Below are positions 16,727 to 22,346 of a DNA stretch of 40,907 nt, in pieces. The DNA comes from a virus. Its lineage: Duplodnaviria; Caudoviricetes. Under the pieces are notes generated by a model. The model was not told the DNA's origin and searched no databases. It saw only the letters and a list, made by a program, of their open reading frames with translations. Position numbers and translations under genes: made by a program. The DNA lies in IMG/VR virus record IMGVR_UViG_3300033067_002032, positions 1 through 40,907 of that record; one strand, 5' to 3'. How positions within the stretch are numbered: position 1 is the stretch's first letter; each line of letters opens with the position of its first letter.

Positions 16727-17209
16727 ATGATTTCACAAGGTTTTACGGTGCCTGACCGTCCCAAGAAGGTTTTTGAACTCATGCCCGAAGGGGTATACAA
16801 CGTCGAGTTGATCGACGTGACCGACGAAGAGAAGTCGGTGTATCAAAAACCGGACGAGAAAGAAATTAAGATCGTGTTCACCTTTGCCGTCATCGACGAA
16901 GGCCCACACTACGGTCGCCGCGTATGGGACGAGGCCAAGCCAACGCTTACGGTTAAGCCAAAGGCTTCCAACCTCCACATCATTCTTCAGAAGTTGACGG
17001 GCGTCGCGTTCAGCGAAGAGCAGTGCAACAACCAGAAGGATATCCTTACGTCCGATTTCCTGAACTCGCTCATCGGTATTCAGAAACAACTCTCAATCGT
17101 TATTCACACGTCGAAGACGGGCAACCAATCCAACCAGATTGATGCGTACCTTCCGACTAAAGTTTCAATGCCTCCGTTTGATGAGACGAAGGTTGCGAAA
17201 GAAGAATAG
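16727..17209 (+). CDS. Phage single-stranded DNA-binding protein (DUF669-like OB fold)
   Basis: FELMPEGVYNVELIDV...FTFAVIDEGPHYGRRVW...LIG pattern; acidic tail. Confidence 0.7.
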   Translation: MISQGFTVPDRPKKVFELMPEGVYNVELIDVTDEEKSVYQKPDEKEIKIVFTFAVIDEGPHYGRRVWDEAKPTLTVKPKASNLHIILQKLTGVAFSEEQCNNQKDILTSDFLNSLIGIQKQLSIVIHTSKTGNQSNQIDAYLPTKVSMPPFDETKVAKEE

Positions 17210-17215
17210 AACCTT

Positions 17216-17557
17216 ATGTCCACCAAGAAGCAAACAAAGAAGGCAGCCCCTTCCCACGCCTATCGCCTCTCGGTCTTGAACCGAAAGGGCGAGGCGCTGA
17301 AGCATGAGTTCGACACGCTCATCCTGATCGGTACCTCACGGGGTGATGAAACTGCACATGTTGAAGTTCATGGCGCACCGGAAGATGTCGCTGAACTCGC
17401 TGAGTCCGCGAAGGATTCGATGGTCGTGATCCGCCGTCATGCGATGGAACACATGATCGCTTCTAAGCGTCAGGTCGTCTCCACCGGGAAGGCCAAACCA
17501 AATCCTCGCCGCAAGTTAGCCGTGAAGAAGGTCGCTCCTAAAGCAGAAAAGAAATAA
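17216..17557 (+). CDS. Hypothetical protein with a basic tail
   Basis: ORF track. Confidence 0.7.
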   Translation: MSTKKQTKKAAPSHAYRLSVLNRKGEALKHEFDTLILIGTSRGDETAHVEVHGAPEDVAELAESAKDSMVVIRRHAMEHMIASKRQVVSTGKAKPNPRRKLAVKKVAPKAEKK

Positions 17558-17560
17558 CGT

Positions 17561-18295
17561 ATGTCCTATAGGTTCCGCTCCGAGTGGGACAAAAATGTTA
17601 AAACAAAGAAACGTTGGGAGCCGATGATCAGCTTACACGCTGTCGCGCCTGTAAAAATCAGAGACACGAGGTTCGGCACGATGATCGTCGATGAATACGC
17701 TCGCGGCATTGCTAACGAATGCATTCGTCCTGGTCAGCTCGTTGAGTTTAGGAACGGAGAGTGGTCCTCAGAAATTCTTGATTCCGGCGGCCCTAGGAAT
17801 CCTCCAATGCTTGGTCAGATGTCGAACGTCGTAAAAGGCGTAGAGAAAGGCGATAAGGATTGGCGTGAAAAGTTCAGGCGCCTAGAAGAATCTCGTGGAT
17901 TACCTTGTGGATTCCTTCCAATAAACCCAGAAGCCTTGTCCCTTCCTCCTGATTTTGTGGGCCTAATGACCCACTCGACGCTCGATCCGTCTGTCATTTC
18001 TAATGAAGGCGTACTCACTCTCAAAAAACTGAATGAGTTCGCCGCTCTCGTCTTCGGCCAGTCTTACCTCCGAGAAAAACCTTTACCCACTATTGATCTT
18101 ATGAACGCATTGACCAAACTGTTTCTCCCTGAGAATACCCGCACCCTGCTCGAAGCTGGGTACGTGGACACCAACATGACGCTCACTCCAAAAGGACGTG
18201 ACGCGTTGAATGCCATCACTCTCGCCTCCAACATGGAAGCCTTGCTCGTCTCGGCGCGAGAGTCGATCGCTGAAGCAAAAGCCGACAAGGAATAA
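17561..18295 (+). CDS. Hypothetical protein
   Basis: ORF track; T-ATG start. Confidence 0.65.
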   Translation: MSYRFRSEWDKNVKTKKRWEPMISLHAVAPVKIRDTRFGTMIVDEYARGIANECIRPGQLVEFRNGEWSSEILDSGGPRNPPMLGQMSNVVKGVEKGDKDWREKFRRLEESRGLPCGFLPINPEALSLPPDFVGLMTHSTLDPSVISNEGVLTLKKLNEFAALVFGQSYLREKPLPTIDLMNALTKLFLPENTRTLLEAGYVDTNMTLTPKGRDALNAITLASNMEALLVSARESIAEAKADKE

Positions 18296-18298
18296 GCG

Positions 18299-18364
18299 TG
18301 GCAGTAGGCAGCGATGGATGGGTTACTTCTGCAGATAGTCTCATTCAAATTTTCTCCGAAGCCA
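18299..18364 (+). ncRNA. Y-RNA-like unit 1 (short form)
   Basis: GGCAGCGAT, inner stem GGATGGG/CTCATTC, GTTACTTC motif, 3' ATTTTCTCC. Confidence 0.65.
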
Positions 18365-18376
18365 TAAACATTCCAA

Positions 18377-18503
18377 CGGGTAGTGATGAGACGGTTACTT
18401 CACCTGCTAAGTGAGAGGTCGTTGGTTCGAATCCAACTCGGGGCGCAAGCTCCGGTAGCTCAGTGGTTAGAGCGCTAAAATCTCCGTCTCGAATTTTCTC
18501 CCG
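18377..18503 (+). ncRNA. Y-RNA-like unit 2 containing a complete circularly permuted tRNA (anticodon GCU)
   Basis: CGGG/CCCG and GAGACGG/CCGTCTC stems enclose an anticodon arm (TTCAC-CTGCTAA-GTGAG), AGGTC, a T arm (GTTGG-TTCGAAT-CCAAC), an acceptor hairpin (TCGGGGC-GCAA-GCTCCGG) and a D arm (GCTC-AGTGGTTA-GAGC). Confidence 0.85.
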
Positions 18504-18519
18504 CTCCACACAATCCAAC

Positions 18520-18649
18520 CGGGGCAGTGATGTGAGGGTTACTTCATTACGCTATTGGTCGCGGGTTCGATCCTCGCTCTTGGTCGCAAGACCAAGGTAG
18601 CTCAGTGGTAGAGCAGCAGCACCTACAAGTCCCTCCGCTTATTCTCCCG
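18520..18649 (+). ncRNA. Y-RNA-like unit 3 (YrlA-like permuted T/acceptor/D module)
   Basis: Same scaffold; T arm GCGGG-TTCGATC-CTCGC, acceptor TCTTGGTC-GCAA-GACCAAGG, D arm GCTC-AGTGGTA-GAGC. Confidence 0.85.
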
Positions 18650-18666
18650 CTACCATACAATTCAAT

Positions 18667-18727
18667 GGGGCAGTGACGCACCGAGTTACTTCTTTGGGAA
18701 ATAATACTCAGTGCATTCTTTCTCCCC
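18667..18727 (+). ncRNA. Y-RNA-like unit 4 (short form)
   Basis: GGGG/CCCC, CAGTGAC, GCACCGAGT/ACTCAGTGC stem, GTTACTTC, 3' TTTCTCCCC. Confidence 0.7.
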
Positions 18728-18747
18728 TTATACATTCACAATTAATC

Positions 18748-18868
18748 GGGTAGTGAAGAGTGAGTTACTTCAACTCAACATTCAAGTTTCGCAGGTTCGA
18801 ATCCTGCCACGGCTACATGGCCGTGATGATGGTGTCTGGCTCCATCGCCTCACTTCTACAATTCTCCC
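18748..18868 (+). ncRNA. Y-RNA-like unit 5 (permuted tRNA-like module with atypical D arm)
   Basis: Same scaffold; T arm GCAGG-TTCGAAT-CCTGC, acceptor CACGGCT-ACAT-GGCCGTG, GATGG/CCATC hairpin; ends 6 nt before the Ro60 ATG. Confidence 0.8.
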
Positions 18869-18874
18869 TTTTCT

Positions 18875-20314
18875 ATGAAATTCAATCGCTCCGTTCCTCA
18901 ACCAAAGGTGAAGAACTTGGCAGGCGGCCAGGCTTACGAGCAATCGGAAAAGCTACGCCTCGTCTCGTTCCTCCTCACCTCGTTCCTCAAAGATAAGTTT
19001 TATGAATCCGAATCCGATCAGCTCGCCCGTCTCATCAAGATGGTCGAGGATGCAAAGGATAAACATTTTGTGGCGAAGGCTGCTCTGTTCGCTCGGCGCG
19101 AGTTCGGTATGCGCTCTGTTACTCATGTCGTCACGGCGGAGCTGGCTCGGCTCGTCAAAGGTCAGGCTTGGACGAAGAAGTACAACGAGCTTATTGCCTA
19201 CCGTCCCGACGACATGTTGGAGACGCTGGCATACTATGGCGCGAAATACGGCAAGCCATTCCCGAACGCCTTGAAGAAAGGTTTTGCCAAGAAGCTCGAA
19301 CACTTGGACGAATACAGCCTCGCCAAATACAAGAAGGAATCAGGTGCCGTCAAGATGGTTGACCTCGTGAACCTGGTTCACCCCCGTGCGACGCCAGCCC
19401 TTACTCGCCTCATGGACGGATCGCTGAAGCCTGCGGAGACGTGGGAAGTGGCACTCACCCAGGCAGGCCAGAACGCCGATGGCGACATCGAGAAGGGCGA
19501 GATGAAGAAGGAAGCCTGGATCAAGCTGGTTCACGAAAACAAGCTCGGGTACTTCGCCCTGCTTCGTAACCTCCGCAACATCCAAGAGCAGGCACCAGAA
19601 GCCATGCCGTTCGCGCTCGAACAACTGAAGAACCCGGACGCGATCAAGAAATCCTTGGTCATGCCGTTCCGCTTCCTCTCCGCGCTGAAGGCGATCAAGA
19701 CGCCGACCCGCGAGATGGTGGTCGCTATCAACGAGGCAGTGGACACTTCGCTCGGCAACGTGCCTCAGCTCCCCGGGATGACGCTGATCGCGGTGGACTC
19801 CTCCGGCTCCATGATGTCGAATGTCGCGGGAGACGTGAGCTGTTCTCAGATCGCTTGTCTCTTCGCTGCCGCCCTCTACAAACGATGTGCATCCGACGTG
19901 CTACTCTTCGACAATGACGCGAAGTATGTCATGCCACATCCGAACAACTCCGTGCTCACCATCCAAGAGCAATTACAATCTCTTGTTCGCGGTGGCGGTA
20001 CCGACTTCCACACCATCTTCGAGACGGCCAACAAGAAGTACGACCGCATCATCATCCTCTCCGACATGCAGGCATGGGAGACCGGATCATACAGATCGAA
20101 CCTCACGAAGCTGTCATTCGACAACTATAAGAAACGTGTCGGCGCTGACCCAAAGCTCTACTGTATCGACTTGGCAGGACATGGAACGATGCAGTTCATT
20201 GAGAACAACGTCTACTCGCTGGCCGGATTCTCCGAAAAACTTTTCGATGTCATGGCTCTCTTAGAAGATGACCGAAACGGAATGCTTAACACCATTGAAT
20301 CTATCACGCTCTGA
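18875..20314 (+). CDS. Ro60/Rsr-like RNA-binding protein (TROVE plus vWA domain)
   Basis: NLAGGQAY, RPDD, LDEYSLAKY, LVHP, ETWE, LGYFALLRNLRNI, PFRF, MIDAS DSSGSM, GGTD, IILSDMQ, LAGFSE. Confidence 0.93.
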   Translation: MKFNRSVPQPKVKNLAGGQAYEQSEKLRLVSFLLTSFLKDKFYESESDQLARLIKMVEDAKDKHFVAKAALFARREFGMRSVTHVVTAELARLVKGQAWTKKYNELIAYRPDDMLETLAYYGAKYGKPFPNALKKGFAKKLEHLDEYSLAKYKKESGAVKMVDLVNLVHPRATPALTRLMDGSLKPAETWEVALTQAGQNADGDIEKGEMKKEAWIKLVHENKLGYFALLRNLRNIQEQAPEAMPFALEQLKNPDAIKKSLVMPFRFLSALKAIKTPTREMVVAINEAVDTSLGNVPQLPGMTLIAVDSSGSMMSNVAGDVSCSQIACLFAAALYKRCASDVLLFDNDAKYVMPHPNNSVLTIQEQLQSLVRGGGTDFHTIFETANKKYDRIIILSDMQAWETGSYRSNLTKLSFDNYKKRVGADPKLYCIDLAGHGTMQFIENNVYSLAGFSEKLFDVMALLEDDRNGMLNTIESITL

Positions 20315-20315
20315 T

Positions 20316-20516
20316 ATGGCATCTGAAAATAAAGCCGCGAACGGCGGCATCGGTTTCTTCGGCCTGCTTACCCTGATCTTCATTACCTTGAAACTCACGG
20401 GCTTCATCCACTGGTCGTGGGTCTGGGTGCTCGCCCCATTCTGGGGAGTGCTGGTATTCGTGGCGCTCGTCCTCTCGATCGTGCTCATCGCGGTAGCGGC
20501 AACCCACCGTCGCTAG
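20316..20516 (+). CDS. Small phage membrane protein (LKLTG..WSWxWVLAPxW family)
   Basis: GIGFFGLLTLIFITLKLTGFIHWSWVWVLAPFW. Confidence 0.8.
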   Translation: MASENKAANGGIGFFGLLTLIFITLKLTGFIHWSWVWVLAPFWGVLVFVALVLSIVLIAVAATHRR

Positions 20517-20517
20517 T

Positions 20518-20781
20518 ATGCAGTTCATCAAGAGTGAGATCGAAACGCAGATCGAGGTGAAGACGGTTCAGAAGGTAGAGCAATACGACGGGAAGTTTCT
20601 GCACGCTACGCACAACCTTGTGACGGGCGAATGGAAAGTGACCCTCGTTGCTCCGCTCAAATCGAGTTGGCAGCATGGAGAATCAAGTGAACGCACGCTC
20701 GTTGACAACGAACTTGGCGAGCTAATCCTTGAATGCAGTTCGATGAAAGATTTAATTAATCCAGAAATCAAGCTCTCTTAA
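20518..20781 (+). CDS. Hypothetical protein
   Basis: ORF track; translational coupling. Confidence 0.7.
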   Translation: MQFIKSEIETQIEVKTVQKVEQYDGKFLHATHNLVTGEWKVTLVAPLKSSWQHGESSERTLVDNELGELILECSSMKDLINPEIKLS

Positions 20782-20782
20782 T

Positions 20783-21034
20783 ATGGACAACCAAGAAGTA
20801 TCCCAAGCATTGACCTTCGGACAGAAGGCGGTCGGCCTCTCATTCAACCCGGGCAATAACCCAAAGGTCGAAGAGATCAAACAAGCCTTCGCAAAAGTCA
20901 TCGACATCATCAACGACATGAAGCCTGCCTACGATGGTAAGCCAAATGAAATCTCCCGCATGTGTGCCATCGCCATCACTGAATCCCAGACCGCTCAAAT
21001 GTGGGCGGTGAAAGCGGCGACCTGGAAAGACTGA
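20783..21034 (+). CDS. Acb2/Tad1-like helical-hairpin protein; candidate cyclic-nucleotide sponge
   Basis: 83 aa; FNP...IKQAFAKVIDII...RMCAIAITESQTAQMWAVKAAT resembles the Acb2/Tad1 hairpin pattern (recognised by eye). Confidence 0.6.
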   Translation: MDNQEVSQALTFGQKAVGLSFNPGNNPKVEEIKQAFAKVIDIINDMKPAYDGKPNEISRMCAIAITESQTAQMWAVKAATWKD

Positions 21035-21036
21035 GT

Positions 21037-21228
21037 ATGAATCCATCAACCACGGGTGGTAATTCAATCGGCGGGATGGTCGGCATCCCTGGCGTACCAA
21101 GAGCAATCGGCGTTGAACGGGTAGCGAACGGATACGTCGTCCGGTACAACGGCCAGACCTACGTGTGCCGCCTTCTGAACGAGATGCTGGACATGGTGAA
21201 AGAATACTTTGAAGATGCGAAACGGTAG
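21037..21228 (+). CDS. Hypothetical protein
   Basis: IGVERVANGYVV; start refined. Confidence 0.65.
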   Translation: MNPSTTGGNSIGGMVGIPGVPRAIGVERVANGYVVRYNGQTYVCRLLNEMLDMVKEYFEDAKR

Positions 21229-21229
21229 T

Positions 21230-21403
21230 ATGTTCCAAAGCAATTCCATCAAGCAGCGCGTTCTCGATGCCGTGACCGCGCGACTCAACTCACTCCAAGC
21301 GGAATACGACAGCGAATGCAAACGCCTCGATGAAGAGTTGAAGGAGAAGAAGGTCAAGCTGGCGGACAAGATGGTCGATAGCGTCGTGTCGAAAATCCTA
21401 TGA
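21230..21403 (+). CDS. Small coiled-coil hypothetical protein
   Basis: ORF track; start refined. Confidence 0.65.
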   Translation: MFQSNSIKQRVLDAVTARLNSLQAEYDSECKRLDEELKEKKVKLADKMVDSVVSKIL

Positions 21404-21576
21404 AGTCGTTAGCCCAGAAGATCGTCTTCACTCTCATCTCAGAACTTCAAGGCCGAAAAGGATTCAATGCTGGATTCTGGTCGGAATTGGATGATGAAAT
21501 AAGAGAGGAAATCTTGGAGCGAATGGTCGCCCTTGTAGACGTAGAGATCGAGAACGCAAAAGAAGCATCCACCTAA
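21400..21576 (+). CDS. Small hypothetical protein (58 aa, MKSLAQKIVFTLISELQGRKGF...)
   Basis: Hand-translated; ATGA overlap. Confidence 0.7.
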   Translation: MKSLAQKIVFTLISELQGRKGFNAGFWSELDDEIREEILERMVALVDVEIENAKEAST

Positions 21577-21597
21577 CGGTGGGTGTTTTCTTTTTGC
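21556..21597 (+). terminator. Intrinsic terminator ending the plus-strand operon
   Basis: GCATCCACC-TAAC-GGTGGGTGT hairpin followed by TTTCTTTTT. Confidence 0.8.
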
Positions 21598-21617
21598 CGG
21601 TGTATACTGGTCTCCAT

Positions 21618-21690
21618 GTGGGCGTAGCTCAACGCTGGAAAGAGCACTCGCACAAGCGAGAGGTAGGTGGTTCGACTCCATCCGTCCACG
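21618..21690 (+). tRNA. tRNA-shaped gene with a 4-nt anticodon loop (tRNA mimic or pseudo-tRNA, probably Val-derived)
   Basis: GTGGGCG/CGTCCAC acceptor, GCTC/GAGC D arm, CTCGC-ACAA-GCGAG arm, AGGTA, GGTGG-TTCGACT-CCATC T arm; no encoded CCA. Confidence 0.8.
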
Positions 21691-21717
21691 CTGTTCCGAG
21701 GAAAGGAGACTGTTTCG

Positions 21718-21798
21718 ATGGACAAGGCGATGTGTCTGGCTATCTCGTTCATGCTGGCTTACCGGACGATCCTCCGGTACAGGCGGCGGCGTCAATGA
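21718..21798 (+). CDS. SD-led 26-aa hydrophobic/basic peptide (MDKAMCLAISFMLAYRTILRYRRRRQ)
   Basis: AAAGGAG at 21702-08, 9 nt before the ATG; ATGA overlap with the next ORF. Confidence 0.45.
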   Translation: MDKAMCLAISFMLAYRTILRYRRRRQ

Positions 21799-22043
21799 CG
21801 CGCGTCGGTACGGCTCGACATGGAGAGGTGAACCTGAATGTCAGGAAGGGTGGCATCCCCGCCCTACGTCTGCTTCAGTGGCACGCTCCCGACTTCAAGG
21901 TCGAGTGTACCGACGACAAGGGGGAAGCGATTTCCCTGCCTCTCGGGGACATCGACCTCAAGCACGAGAGTCTTGACCGACTCTCCCAACCACCGGCTAC
22001 GCCTCGTGCGGCCGCGCCCCAGGGCGACGAAAGGAGCAGGTGA
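21795..22043 (+). CDS. Hypothetical protein (82 aa)
   Basis: 3' part of track ORF 21579-22043; followed by a terminator. Confidence 0.5.
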   Translation: MTRVGTARHGEVNLNVRKGGIPALRLLQWHAPDFKVECTDDKGEAISLPLGDIDLKHESLDRLSQPPATPRAAAPQGDERSR

Positions 22044-22059
22044 ACTGAACAAACGGGCT

Positions 22060-22087
22060 GGCCGCTCCCGGAAATGCGGCCTTTTCT
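22060..22087 (+). terminator. Intrinsic terminator
   Basis: GGCCGC-N10-GCGGCC followed by TTTTCT. Confidence 0.6.
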
Positions 22088-22142
22088 AATGGGGTAATTT
22101 ACCCCATTCCGCTTGACAGAAATAATGAAATATGTATACCAT
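22088..22142 (+). promoter_or_regulatory. Perfect palindrome plus promoter of a stand-alone small gene
   Basis: AATGGGGTAA-T-TTACCCCATT 22088-22108; TTGACA 22113-18, N18, TACCAT 22137-42. Confidence 0.55.
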
Positions 22143-22151
22143 TCAGACTGT

Positions 22152-22346
22152 ATGATCTCACATAAAACAAGAGAGCTGGTTTCCCAAGCTCTCTGTCTCA
22201 TCTCCTTTATTGTTTGGTTCGCTGGCTACCATTCCTATGGTTTTGGCCTAGCCTTTCTGTCCTCGCTGATCGCCCTGTCCGAACTCGGCTGGGCTACTCC
22301 GCGAGTAGAGACTGACCAAGGCGCTGAAGTTCGAACTGGACGGTAG
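22152..22346 (+). CDS. Small membrane protein (moron-like)
   Basis: Two hydrophobic segments; T-ATG start; own promoter; overlaps the convergent gene end. Confidence 0.5.
   Translation: MISHKTRELVSQALCLISFIVWFAGYHSYGFGLAFLSSLIALSELGWATPRVETDQGAEVRTGR

Noticed and set aside
18383-18389. Box C (RUGAUGA)/K-turn motif in unit 2
   Set aside because: No partner CUGA box, and the motif is not exact in the other units.
18449-18590. Conventional or intron-containing tRNA made from the D arm of unit 2 and the T arm of unit 3
   Set aside because: Acceptor strands pair within each unit (GCTCCGG with TCGGGGC), not across units; the permuted reading explains all the pairing.
18299-18868. CRISPR array interpretation of the repeated units
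   Set aside because: Repeats are degenerate and split into paired 5' and 3' halves, the inserts vary widely in length and are structured, and no cas genes are present.
18547-18996. Short ORFs over the RNA array (18547-18735 minus, 18760-18996 plus)
   Set aside because: They overlap structured RNA units or Ro60 in another frame, lack the T-ATG context and are not protein-like.
21618-21690. attP/integration site at the tRNA-like gene
   Set aside because: No integrase was recognised, and the element is a whole cloverleaf rather than a 3' fragment.
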